From the NCBI GenBank assembly GCA_040143965.1, contig JASJQH010006894.1, positions 1 through 49,759 on the forward strand: 49,759 nt of DNA, given 5' to 3'. Every line of letters begins with the position of its first letter. Within the stretch, counting starts at the first letter, position 1. Positions 25,541-38,304 of the stretch are shown piece by piece. The position numbers and the translations under genes are program-made. The notes under the pieces are model-generated. The model had not been told where the DNA came from, searched no databases, and worked only from the letters and a program-made list of their open reading frames with translations. Source of the DNA: Basidiobolus ranarum. Its lineage: Eukaryota.

Positions 25541-26463
25541 TTATTCCTCATTATGGTCCTGCGAATCGTCTTCTTCAACGTCGACATTTACCCCGTTTCT
25601 CAAGCCCTGAATAGTGGGTTTGAGCAGGTATTTAGCATACTCTTGAAGCAGTATTCCTAACAACAACACATTAGCTTAACAAACCCAAAACACCCTGGAG
25701 GAAATTGTGCATACCAGAGGCAATTAGACCGGAGCCATGAATAGTCTTGAAAATTGATGGACATGGATTCACTTCTGTAAAATAATACGACACGTAACGA
25801 TGGTATGCTTGCAAAAGTTCCTGTGTGAAAAAATACCATAATCAGGGGGAATTGATGGAAGATATAATCCAGAATATTTTAGACATACCGAGCGAGGTAA
25901 CGGGGTCTCTTCTTCTGCTGGGTTCAAGGCTCCTTTAATATTAAATTTTTGTCAAAATATTACCCACTATCTGAAGAATAAATACAATCACTCTCACCTT
26001 GCGACAGGCGGGAAGGAAGTTGTGACGATTCCGCGAGTAGTCGTCGTTCTATGATATAGAATGATCAGTTATTTTCAATACGATCATTTCCAAAAAAAAC
26101 ACAGGAATCTCCGTATATAAAGAATGGCTTCTACTTACTTTCTATACTTTTCTTCCACAAAGAACTTTGAGGAACTATTGATGCGAGATTATAACCGTAG
26201 AAAGCTTGGATGTCTGGCTCATTATTTCTGCGTTTTGTTACTCTAATATGTGGGTCTTTCGAGCGTTCAAGTAATTTTCCTTTCGTTTTGTAACTATTAA
26301 GACGAATTTTTCGAAATAAAGGATCCATAGCATTATATACAGTCCAGCGTTGCGAGTATATACAAGGTTTACCAGAGGCTAAACAGGTAGAGCATGAGGG
26401 AAGAGTTCTACTACAATACTTCCGCCCTTTGCTGCAATGAAAGCAGGTTTTTGGAGATAACAT
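25541..26463 (-). CDS. Short Zn(II)2Cys6 zinc-cluster protein
   Basis: CFHCSKGRKYCSRTLPSCSTCLASGKPC fits Cx2Cx6Cx6Cx2Cx6C. A GTAAGT donor near 26138 and a plausible last exon ending ..VDVEEDDSQDHNEE* are present; the middle exons are not resolved. Confidence 0.65.
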
Positions 26464-26738
26464 CGTATAAATATATATATAGCTTTGCTAACTCTCTTAA
26501 TGTTCCTCTATTTTCAAAAACACAACAGTAGTAGCAACGATATTGGTGAAATTGTGAAGGAAAATAAGGGCCATTATTTTTTGACTTTGATTAAATTATT
26601 TAGGAAATAGATTCAATGATATTCATAAAATAAGGGATGTATAAAATGTGTCTATTTAGCAGGTATTATTTTGGTGAATAGCTCGTGTTGCTCTGTATTT
26701 TAAACAACATACTCGTGGCTTACGAGTAGTTTTGTACA

Positions 26739-29627
26739 ATGTCTTTCGTAAGCTGTTTCTGTTTTTTCTCTGATCTCTCATATATAATACTAAAATGAAA
26801 ACTCTCAGAATGACGCGCTCTCTAATTTATTACCAAAAGGTTTTGGGAAACAGGCCGAACGTAAGAGCAGAAAGAATGAAGTAGTAGAATCAAGTGACAT
26901 TATCGAAGAGGAAATCAACGAGGACATGGATCCTCTTCGCGCTATGGTCCCTATGTCCTTCGGGAAGAAGAAGAAAGAAGTAGATATGTCTGCATACTTT
27001 GCAAAATCTAGAAGAGTAGTAGAAGATAAAGAAACGGTACCTTGTGCTTTAGTATCAATATTTGCGGAATCTGTAACTCATATAGACTTGTTCAGTCGGA
27101 ACACAATGTAAAAGTGTCAAAGGGAAAAGATTCCGAAGAGGAAGTAGATAGTGATGAAGAAGAAGAGGAGGATGAAGACGAAGAACCCACCTTGGACGAA
27201 GTTCTTCCTATTTCTCATGAGATTAAGCTCAAGGATCATTATAAAGTTGTTATTTATCACAGCATGTAATACTCTTCAACCAATTCTAACTTAGATATTT
27301 CCATCGATGTAGACTGTCTCCGCCCTTGCTCTCGACCCAGCAGGTGCTCGATTAATCACAGGCGGATACGATTACGATGTCAAATTCTGGGACTTCTCTG
27401 GTATGGATGCTTCTCTTAGGCCATTTCGAAGTTTGGAGCCATGTGGTGGGCATCAAGTATGCTTTTATAAGTTTATTAGTGACCGCTGAAAATACATATT
27501 AACATCTTTTGCCAATAATCTCAAGATTCACGATTTGCAATATAGTATTACGGGTGATCAATTCTTAATTATATCGGGCCTGGCTACTCCCAAGCTTTAT
27601 GATCGTGATGGATTTGAAATGTTAGCATATACTTGAAACTTCACTTTGTATTCGAAGATATTTAATTATACATATATATACATTTATAGTGCTGAGTTTG
27701 TTAAAGGAGACCCTTATCTTCGCGATATGCGCCACACAAGGTAACTTTCCCATCTATACGTCGTGCATAACTTGCTTCTCAACATGATGTTGTATCATTA
27801 GCGGACACGTATCAGCACTGACCTCCTGTGCCTGGCATCCATTCAACAAAGAGACATTTATCACCTCATCCACAGATAGCACTATCAGGTTTGAGCTTCA
27901 TTAAACAGCCCCTATCCCTATATCCGTTCTAATAATTTGTGCCTTAGAATCTGGGACGTAGAAGACAAACGCAAACAAAAGCAAGTAATCAGTTTCAAGT
28001 CCAAGAACAGAGGTGGTAGGTCGCCTATTACGGCCTGTAGCTATAGTCACGATGGAAAATTGATTGCTGGAGGTAAACCATCATTTCCTCGCTCTGTCAG
28101 GAAAAACTCTCCAATTTTTACTTACTCTTTGTCATCAAGCTGCCCAAGACGGCTCACTTAACCTTTGGTCCACAAACAGTTCTTTCTCTAGGCCTACGCA
28201 TGTACATTAATTATTTCATTATATATTTGTGATCCATTTGATAGCGTTCTAACTATTTCAATTATCCATCTTTCGAAACCAGAGCCTCTTACAAGCTCAC
28301 ATGCAAGGAAGTGAAACGTCTTCAATTATTTTCTCTAATGATAATCATACTGTTGTAACACGTGGAGGAGATGACACAGTGAAAAGTAAGTTGGTTTATT
28401 TATAGTTCAAAATTGATTTGCATATTGAAGACGCGATTTATTTTTATCAGTATGGGATATTCGAAACTTCAAGAGCGCCGTGAATATCGCCAATGACCTA
28501 ACTACGTTCAATGCTGAAACGAATATTATTTTCAGCCCTGATGAAAAGCTTATTCTGACTGGTAAAGACCAATTTAACTTAGTAATTCTCACTATTGATC
28601 TTTGCTCTAAAACAAGTACAATTGGTATCATAGGTACTGGAGTCAAAAAGAACGAAGGATACGGAAAGGTTGTTATGATGGATAGGAACACCCTGGAAGT
28701 TGTCAGAACTATGAGTAAGTCTACAGGATTTCCCCTTTTTTCGATTCATTTACTCCCACTAAATTGTATATGTGCAGGTGTTTCACAATCAAGTGTGGTA
28801 AGAGTGCTGTGGCATTCTCGCATCAACCAGGTAAGCCACGTTGATGCTGATGCAGAGTTTCCTAGCAGCTTTCTCTAATCGAACTCCCAAACTTGTTTAG
28901 ATTATTACTGGAAGTGGTGATGGCACAGTATCTGTTTTCTATGATCCACATGCTAGTGCAAGAGGAGCCAAACTCTGCGTGGTAAAGGAACCCAAGGCAA
29001 GAGCGGTCGATGACTATGAGGTTAATCGACCAATTTTGACTCCGCATGCGCTCCCATTATTCAAAGATGATGAGCCAAGAACTAACAAGCGTAAACGTGA
29101 AAAACTTCGCAAAGACCCAGTTGCTTCCAGACGACCAGGTTTGTATCTTACAGCCAAAATCATTGGACATTGTATTTATATTATGTTCATTTAGATTTGC
29201 CGGTCAAAGGGCCTGGACGTGGGGGCAAGGTTGGAGTTAATCTCACTCAGCATATTATGCGTGATATAATCAAAGACACATCAAGAGGTAACCAATCACT
29301 CACTGGTTGAAGTAATGTGAACCATACTAATACACGCAAATACAGAGGAAGATCCACGTGAAGCATTCCTTAAGCACGCCAAAGATGCCGAAGGTAATGA
29401 AACCCGTTTTATTAGATATTCAGTTTATACCAACTAACATTATTCATGATTTGACAATCGATATAGATGATCCATATTGGGTAGCTCCAGGTATGTCTAG
29501 TTGGGCACTGGATCGAAATGACATTTATTTAACATAACTTTGCATGCTAGCCTACAAGAAGTTCCAACCGAAACCGGTATTTGATGAGAACGACTACGAG
29601 GAAGATGAAATGCCCCGACGTCAATAA
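26739..29627 (+). CDS. WDR70: WD-repeat protein WDR70/Gad1 homolog
   Basis: Many short exons. Motifs LPISHEIKLKDH, LDPAGARLITGGYDYDVKFWDF, KGDPYLRDM..TSGH, TRGGDDTVK, ILTPHALPLFK, EEDPREA. Confidence 0.9.
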
Positions 29628-30013
29628 TAATGGGATTATCTACTGTGCGTCGGTATCTTTAAATACATTTCACACTCTGGATTGACGAGTCAGAAGGATT
29701 ACAGGCAGGGGAATAGAATCGAATATTCAATAAAAATAACCATACGTATAAATCAAGCTAATCGACGAAGGATTGAATTTTATTTCTCAATATATGGGAT
29801 GGGTCACAGATGAGGATCACAAATGAAGGTGCGGTTGACAACAAAAAGTAAGGTTGGTACAGTTGGTATTATTTGAATCTATAGTGTAAGGCAAAAGTGG
29901 GGAGAAACAATCCATAAGCATTGAACATAAATATGTACAACTGTACAGCATGCAGCATAATGAAGAGATGGTAAGTTCACTAATGATAAAGAAGAGTTAT
30001 TCTTGTCAAGTTT

Positions 30014-31289
30014 TCACTCAAGACTAATATCCTCCATTGTCTTGAATATTTCTTCGTTATCTCGAATTAGTTCCCGAAGCTCTCGATTCTCATCTCGTAA
30101 ATCGTTTATCAATAAACACTGCTCGCTGTAGCTAGTCTAAACCAAACAAACTTGGAGTTAATACCAGTGTTTCACGGTGGAGGTCTGAGAAATGATTTAC
30201 TTTAAGTCTGTCATACTCTTCTTCCAAGATAATAAGCTCATTATGTATCTCCATTCGTCGCTTAGTAATAATTACCAATTCATCGCTGTACTTCTTCTTT
30301 TCCACCTCGAATATTCTTTGCTATGTGAAGGGTAGATGAAATCCGATCAATACAGGTAAGGGAGCAAGGAAAGATATATAACTTTGATGTATTACCATAT
30401 CTTCAAAGCGAGAGTCATAAATCGCACTTTTTTGTTCAGTAAAATCCGCCAGTTTTGTTACATACGTAGTGGTTTCCGCCAGTTCGTTGATACGACTAGT
30501 TAAACGCGCACTCTCCTCTTGTTGGGCTTTATTTTGTATTTTTAAAACATCGATCTATATGTTCCACTTATTAGTTGGCAACTCAGACTTCCTATTTAGC
30601 TTAAAATTTTCGTTCTAACCTTATTCTCTAAATTTCTTTTGGTGTGTTCAAAATCCTGTTGAAGTATGTCAACTTCCTGTTGGTGTTGGTCAACAAGCTA
30701 TCAAATATAAAGTTAGTCCAAGTACTTCAGAGAGTCTTAGGTGATGGTAAGTATACCTTGCTTTGCCATTCGACGAATTGCTCCTCCAAGGTCACTAGTT
30801 TAGCGGTGGTTATTTGCATATGTTCTATAAAAATATAAGTATTCTATCGAAAGGAAACTCTCGCATAATTGTTCTTGTTACCTTTAAGAACCACTATTTC
30901 ATCTTGGGTTCTTGTTGCTTTACTTTTCCATAAGGTAATTTCTTTGTTGGCCTCTTTTAGTTCATTATTCAATTTGGTAACATTTTCGGACTAGAAAATG
31001 ATGCTCGGGATTTTAGCGTTAAGAATCTCATCAAAGATATTCTACTATGCTAAATGTACCTGCTCTTGACTGTAAAGTAAAAGTTGCTTAATATACTCTT
31101 GGAGGATCTCTGGCTTCGTCTTTTGGAAGTCTGTTAGTAAAAGTAGACTGATTGCAAGAGAACTGGTAAACAAGTCACCTCCTCTTTGGCAAGACTAGCA
31201 CACTCGCTGAGGCTGAAAGAATCCTTGGGAGTATGTAAAACTTTTGGTAATTTGGGAGGGACATTTGAGAAACGTAGGTTGGCAAGCAT
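30014..31289 (-). CDS. Uncharacterised multi-exon coiled-coil protein
   Basis: Phase-consistent exons MLANLRFSNVPPKLP..TKPEILQEYIKQLL..SENVTKLNNELKEANKEITLWKSK..LVDQHQQEVDILQQDFE..LRDENRELRELIRDNEEIFKTMEDISLE*. Confidence 0.65.
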
Positions 31290-31680
31290 TCTAAACTAGT
31301 TTGAAAATATATTGCTGAAAGGAAAGTGACTGTTGATTTACATACGGTTGAGAGAGATAGAAGCTATATATATGTACACGAAGATATGGAAATTCCGATC
31401 CATGGTAAGGTACCCACAATTAGGAAGAAAAGTTAATAATAACCCAATAAAATAGCCCACTAATATAGAATAGGCGTAAAGTTGGATTTCATTTAGCGTT
31501 CATTTAGCGATTCTTCTGGACCAAATTCAACGGATCACATAAACGACCTTTTCGTTAATTAATTCAAACGGTTTTCCTTAAATGCAGCAAGCACCATTTA
31601 TGCGCAGACACATGCAATATCTCATTGTACCACCAATCTCAAACAATTTAACCCGATAATAAGAATGCCGTTAGTTTATG

Positions 31681-31730
31681 TACGCTGATTTGAACGCTGT
31701 CGAACGCTGTTGAACGCTTATACGCTGATT
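31681..31730. repeat. Five-copy ACGCT-core mini tandem repeat (~10-bp period)
   Basis: tacgctgatt tgaacgctgt cgaacgctgt tgaacgctta tacgctgatt. Confidence 0.8.
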
Positions 31731-32120
31731 TATCTAAATAAGAAGGCTGGTGCTCTCTGGTTTTCAGCTCATTTGAACTGTGTCAAGGTGAGCTCAGGAT
31801 CGTCATCATCGGTTGGGTGAGCCACTGTGTAATCCTCAAGGTGAGAGTGATTTACTTGATGTTAGTAACACTTTCTCACCAATTCGAAACATCCACTCGT
31901 TGTCGATAACTCATTCCTGAATGTTAAGCCTCACTTGACAAGATGATTGATAGTATTATTCCCAGGATTATCCAGGAGTAGATGAAGTGCAAGTGAATAT
32001 TGGTTTACTTGAATTTCACCTAATATATACATTTAGTAAGAAACTTTAACAAACACATTTGTTCTTTAATGAAGTTCTAAGTAAACATTTTTAATCAATC
32101 ATTTTACAACAAGAACCATA

Positions 32121-32735
32121 TTAAAATGCCATCTCCTCTGAATCACCATACAATGCTGATGGATTGTTCAAAACTTCATTCACTTTAGAACGTATCTCTT
32201 CATCTTGTTCGCTCACTTTATCTTGCATCCAGAAGAACATACGTAGAGAAGAAGATTTGAACTTTAGAACGTAAACACGTCCGTTAGACTCTTCTACTTT
32301 GAGGAATTCTGCTTCGTCAGGGAAGATAATCAAATCCTATCCAACGGTTAATAAAAGAATTTTCACTAGTTATAATAATATTGAATACTCACATCTTCGA
32401 TAGCGTTCGTTTTACGATCTTTCCAATAAAAGTGCATCAACGAATCTTCTCCCTAAGAAAATAATAACCCAATTTAAATATAACCATGTTTACCAAATCT
32501 ATTCAAAATAATACTTACTTGCTTTAAGTATACCAAACTAAAATAAAGATAAAGCAACTCCTGTGTTAGTCTTAAAGTGATATGAAACTTCCTTGCTTAC
32601 AAAATTATGGACTGACCCTTTTCTAGTATCGGGTTTAACAACGTTACTATCTCCTTCACGAAGGCATTTTCCTGCTTTGAATTCAACTAGATTTTTACTA
32701 CGTTGTACGGGTTGTGGAAATAAAGAGGTGGCCAT
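32121..32735 (-). CDS. RPN13: Proteasome ubiquitin receptor Rpn13/ADRM1, Pru domain only
   Basis: Four exons, including a 19-nt micro-exon: [68 protein letters not shown]; stop after SEEMAF. Confidence 0.9.
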
Positions 32736-33127
32736 TTTGGTAATAACAAATTTCACTATCTAAACGAGGTAAAGTGCTTGAACTGCGTAACTGATTCCTT
32801 GCAAGTACGTTTTTATCTCAATTAAATGACAAGATTCAGTTGATGCGAATTTAGCTAGGTTATTGCCTAACCACCTACGTAATTCATCAATCAATTTCCA
32901 CACAAGTAGGAATTCCTTTCCGAACACGTGACCCCCTCATAAAGTGTTGTATTTCAAATGGCACGCAAATTTATTAGAACACAAAATGAAGACTTTCAAG
33001 AAAAAAAGGAAAATAATAAATCTGACAAAACCTAGGTGTGTGTGGAGCACACCACATACTGATATCAAAACTGAGTCAAAGTGTTATGTTACAAAGAAAA
33101 TAATGGGGAATTGTTATAGTAACTCGG

Positions 33128-34668
33128 TCAATTTCTGATTGCACCAGAAATGGATCTAAGAAGATCAATTGATTCAAAGACAGGCTCAACCTGTACATTT
33201 TGATGTCTCTGCTTCTCTATAGCTGAAAGCAGTTTGCGGAAGAGGGTGCTGGTATACTCCCCAGAAACCTGGTCTAAGGTGCGCGCTTGATGCAAGCCAT
33301 GATACAGTTGGTCAATCTAGATGGACAAACATTACTTGAATATTCACAACGTAACCAAAGAAGAATACCAACATACCTTAAACTCTAGATCACCAAAGCT
33401 CTGTAAAAGCTCAGTATCGTCTGAGTCATCCATATGTTGCTCGATAAAGAGCTGCTGTTCGGCTGTCATATACTCTGACCCACCTCTCTCCAAATCAACA
33501 GGGATTGTTTGACTAGAAGAGTCTTGAGGTGGGCAGCCTTCTACTGTTGCGGCGTGGTACGTATTTTGTTTACGAATTAATCTATTCCACTCCTCGTTCT
33601 CCTCTTGTAGTCTGAAGAATATGTTATTAGGATTTGAGACGTAGTAGGGTAATTAGAAATAACTGATTTACCTTTGGATCGAATACTCATATTCCTCTTT
33701 CTTCTCCTTATTAATTATATTTTGTGGATTCTCTTTGCATGTGAAGGACTCGTTAGCGGTTTGGGCGCTCTAGATAGTAAAGGTACGACTGTCAGTTCAA
33801 AAGAATAAAGAAATGTAAGCTTCTAAAATGAATATTACATCGCGTGAGTACCACGAGGTGCTAACTTGGTTATTAACTAGCAATGTCATAATTTCCTCTT
33901 GAATTACTTTGGCAAGTTCAAGTGACTCTTGATCCTTCGATGTTTGCTTGTCCATTGCCCGACGTCCACACCAAACCAACAATTGCTTCATACGAACAGG
34001 ATCAGGAAGCTCAGGCGAAATATGTTTGAAGAAATCAGATTCACTAACTGAAGGATGAGGAAGTGCTATAATATAGGAATCAATAGTTGTTCAACGAAAA
34101 ATAATAACCATTAATACGTACAAATAAAACCACCAGCAATTGAAGAAGCTCTTTTTCCGCGTTTAGCAAAGCTAGATCTTCTACGATTATTACGAAATTC
34201 CTTGTTCTTATTTATCATGGGTGTTTCTTCAATGGGGATTTGAACAACAGCATCTGAATACGCATTTTGTTGACGGGTTATTTTCTAGAAAAGTATTGGT
34301 TTAAACGTGAATCTAAATTATTATCACGCGTTATTGTAAATACCTTGGGCTTCTCTTCAGGTTCATTCAGGAAGAAATTTTCATCGTCGACCACTCGTGT
34401 AAGTCGACGGTTCTTATTCTCTTTAACTACAGGTTTAGGGGGAATTTCCGTGACTTTTTGTTTCTTGGCAGGTTTTTTGCTACTTTTGGCACGTGTAAAC
34501 ACAAAGCCAAGATCATTCTCTTGAACGATTTGAGATAGATCTCTCTAAAAGTCATCAAACAGTTACTACTTCAAATATTCTTATTAACGTGTATGATAAT
34601 TAACTCTCTCAACCAACCTTTTCCTTGGTGGTTTTGGGTTTCGCGTTAGTTTGAGTACTTGGTGGCAT
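33128..34668 (-). CDS. DSN1: Kinetochore Mis12-complex subunit Dsn1/Mis13
   Basis: DLGFVFTR, ETPMINKNKEFR..RRRSSFAKRGKRASS, LPHPSVSESDFFKHISPELPDPVRMKQLLVWCG, STSWYSR, ENPQN, DLLRSIS. Confidence 0.88.
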
Positions 34669-35126
34669 GGTGGACGGTGAAGTAGAAAAGAAAGAAACAA
34701 GTGGTATGCACAATGGATAAGGTTACTGATAGTTAAAACAATTTCAAATCAATATTATGACCTGTTTCCTTAACTTTGAATTTTGTTGATTGTTTACATT
34801 AAGATTCCCTTTGATTTCAATTGGCTAACCCACTTTGTAATTACCAATAAATCCCACTTTTTTTTACTACAAAGGTTGGATCAGAATCATGGTACTTTAT
34901 CCATTGATATTTGTAAATCCATCACTACACTCATTAACTACTAACTGATGCAAATTAATTCGTCCAGTTAACTATACTAATTTTCACTTAGCACTCACAA
35001 ACTAAACTGTAGTGTTCTAATGAATTTGTCACACAATTTGTAATATATATAATATAAAATAATGAACAGTAGTTTTCGTCAAGCAAATGATAACACCGAC
35101 ACTTAAATAAGTAGTGGGCGATAAAT

Positions 35127-36104
35127 TTATTCTTGTTGGGCACGAGCAAAGGCAGCCTTCTTTTGTTCGACCTTGTTGCGACGTTGCTTGAGGTTGAGCT
35201 TGAGTTTGTGGTAACGCTTGGTCTTCTCACCTGGAGCAGGCTTCTTCTTGTCAGTAGGCTTGAAGGTAGGATCTTCACGGATCTGTTGGTGGGCAGATTC
35301 GTACATCTCTTCGATGTTATCTTCGGTGATGCCATTTTCGAGGTACTTGGCGAATTGACGCTTGTACTTCTCTTCATCATCTTCAGCGAGGTAGCTCATG
35401 TACTCAGCAACGTGACCACCATAGATGTAGGTACGAAGAATTTCAGAGTCCAAGGACTTGGCCTCAGCATCATAACCGGGGAAACGGTTCTCGGAGTGAG
35501 GAATGAAAATACCACCATCGGAGGCACCCTTAAGGGCAGCGAAGACACGGGAACCAGTAGTGGTACGCTTCAAACCGACATCAAGGAAAGCCTTGAAGGG
35601 ACGAGGAGCATCCTCGAGCTCTTCAACGAGGGAGACGGTACCGTCAGCCTCTTCGACACCTTGGTACTTGTCAGCAAGACCAAGCTTGGTCAAGACACGA
35701 CGAGCAACAAGAAGACCAGTGCAGTAAGCAGAGGCGTAGTTGGTCAAACCAACCTTGACACCATACTTAGGTAACTCATGAGCGTAGGCAGAAGCCAAAA
35801 CGAAATCACCTTGAATCTTGGCATAGACGATTTGACAGATAATGTCAGAGTTGGTGAAACGAACAACCAATCTGTACTTAGGAGAGTTGTACTTGTTCTT
35901 GGCTTGAACGACAAGACGCTTACGAGCGTAGTAGTCAGTTTTACCTTCTCTTCTTCTTCTATACTTCACTTGGAAGCGCTTGAAATAAGCCTTGTTCTTA
36001 ACGAGCTTGACGAATGGCTACAGAAAAATTGGATTGTAAGTTATGGGGTGCTTCATTCCTTCAATAATGGATGGATGGGATTGAAAAGAATGATAGTTTA
36101 CCAT
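35127..36104 (-). CDS. RPL5: 60S ribosomal protein uL18 (L5, binds 5S rRNA)
   Basis: The first coding exon is ATG only, followed by an intron; then [35 protein letters not shown]. Confidence 0.98.
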
Positions 36105-36492
36105 GACAACGGCCGTACTCTGGGAAAGTAGAAAGAAGGATCACATCTGATCGCCATCAAACTTATATTCCATTATCCTCTGTCACACATTTTTGACATC
36201 AGGTATCACATAATCAGATTGGATAAATGCTGATAGCGAAAATTTCCATAAAAATATTGAATAGTTGGAATACGGATAATAAATGCAACTTTTGTTCATT
36301 GATTTCACAGCATTTTCTACAATGATAGCAGTTTAAGCAAGGCTGAAACTACCGAAGAAAAAAAAAGAAATACCAAGTAATGAAATAAAATAGATTATAA
36401 TTATGGCATTTATTTTGGGGAGTGCGCAACATATAATGAGGGAAATATAACAATAGAGAATAAAGGGAATCAGTTAAAATTTAACGCTCAGA

Positions 36493-38304
36493 TTAATTGG
36501 CATTTTGAGCGGGAACAGCTTCACTATCTTCTTTTGTTGTGTCATCGTGATCAAAGGCATCCATAGGCACAGAGTACAATCTGAGCATAGGTCTGTTGGG
36601 ATCCTTGACCAAAATGAATTTACCTTCGGGCAATCTGAGACAGATATCAACCATGGCTTTCAAGATACCCCAAGCATTTTGTAAGCTCAAGTTCATTTGA
36701 GCAGCAAACTCTGCAGGCTTGAAAACTTGGGTACCCAGGATAACGTGACGTGTGTTTTCCTTAGGATGGGCACGACTGACATAACCAAGTCTGAGTTGCT
36801 CACAACCAGCAAGAACAGCTTGTAAAGCCCAACGAGCGAGCTTAGAACCGTTATTTTTCATCTCAGTGGCGACAACGGCACCACGTTGAGTATCAAGCTT
36901 CTGACGCCAGTCCAAAGCGCCACCGGAACCAGGGGCACGGGAATCGAATTCGTTCAAAGCCTTGATAGTGATGAATGACTCGGTATTACCAGTCTTAGCA
37001 ACACCATCAACCTCAGTACGAATGACAATATTCAAAGGCTCTTCATCGTCACCCAAGTTGAAGCGACGGTAACGATAACCTGCAGAGGCAAGAGGTTCAA
37101 CATCCTCACTGCTGTGGAAAGGATTGGGGTTCTCAAAGTCATATGACTCCTCTTCATTCAAAACTTGAGCACTGAAGTTATTGTTGATATCAGTAGCTTC
37201 AGAGGAGAGAGCATTGGGGTTGTTGATATCAGCTCCTTCAAGAGGAGGATCAGCTGCGTTCTCATTGACAGAGAGGAAGTCAAACACACCACCATCACGC
37301 TTATCGAAGATCAATTTGTCTCCTTCACGAGTAACAACAATGTCCCAAGGATAAGCTGATCTAGGAGCACTCATCAACAAAGCAAGAATATTGTCGGTAG
37401 CAAAAACAGTGCCTTCTTCTTTATCCATAAGTTCTTGCATGATTGGATCTTCACTGGTAGTGACGTTGAAGCGAGTACGATTGATCTCTTCAAGGGGCTT
37501 CTCGACCTTGGAGACAAGACGGTCATATGATTTCTCATAATGGTGAACTCTACCATAGGAAGCAATATCCTCAGGTTGACGAACATCCATAGCTAATTTA
37601 GCAAGACGATGAAGTTCGAATTCCTCAACAACCTTCCATTCAGGACCAACAGTAATAGAAGCATCTCTAGTACGTTGTGGCTTCTTTTGATAGCCTCTGT
37701 TATAACCGCCACGATTACCAGCACCAAGGCGTTGAAATTGACCAGTGCGTCCAGTTCTTTGGTATTGATTTTGATTCTGGTTTTGGTTACGTCCGGGGCG
37801 CTGTTAAAAATATATGATTAATATCAAATAGCGAGAAAAATAATACAAGTTCGAGGCTTACTTTGGTGGCGGCGCTTCCGCGGGAAGAGGCCTTTTTCTG
37901 AGCAGCAGTTCTGTTATCAACGACAGAGAAACTAGATTCATCTTCAGCGTGTTGATAAACAAAAGCACTAGCCAAACTACTGCCATAACCTTGGTAGCTA
38001 TCTGAATTTTATTTATCATGGGTAAAGAATTGTTCAGATAATTTTCTAAAAGGTGTATCAACGTAATGAAAATATTATATGCACCTTTGTAGTTTCTATA
38101 ACCTTGGCGATTTCTACCACCCGCTTCCTTGTTATCCTTGTTGTCAGGAGCAGACCAATCGGCAATTCTGCCTAATTTATCACCTTTGCTGTAAGGCGCA
38201 TATGGGATGTCCTTGTACTGCTCAGGAAGATGAGAAGTGGAAGGACCCCAACCACCTTCATTATCGTTAATAGTGGACAGAACAAAATTTGCACGAGTGG
38301 TCAT
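36493..38304 (-). CDS. EIF3D: Translation initiation factor 3 subunit D
   Basis: NEGGWGP, DIPYAPYSKGDKLGRIADW, EDESSFSVVD, DWRQKLDTQRGAVVATEMKNN, ILVKDPNRPMLRLY; two introns. Confidence 0.96.

Noticed and set aside
26710-26728. TACTCGT-GGCTT-ACGAGTA inverted repeat before the WDR70 start
   Set aside because: A 7-bp stem is expected by chance several times in 50 kb.
31681-31730. Short repeats as a CRISPR-like array (also 48631-48720)
   Set aside because: No unique spacers, no cas genes, eukaryotic context.
31764-31812. Minus-strand ATGATGA...CTGA resembling C/D snoRNA boxes
   Set aside because: Span of about 45 nt is too short, and I could not identify an rRNA guide or terminal stem.
35133-35774. 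213-aa plus-strand ORF, and similar ORFs at 8630-9670 and 4104-4382
   Set aside because: Antisense shadows of highly codon-biased genes (RPL5, RPC2, RPL1) with no independent motifs.
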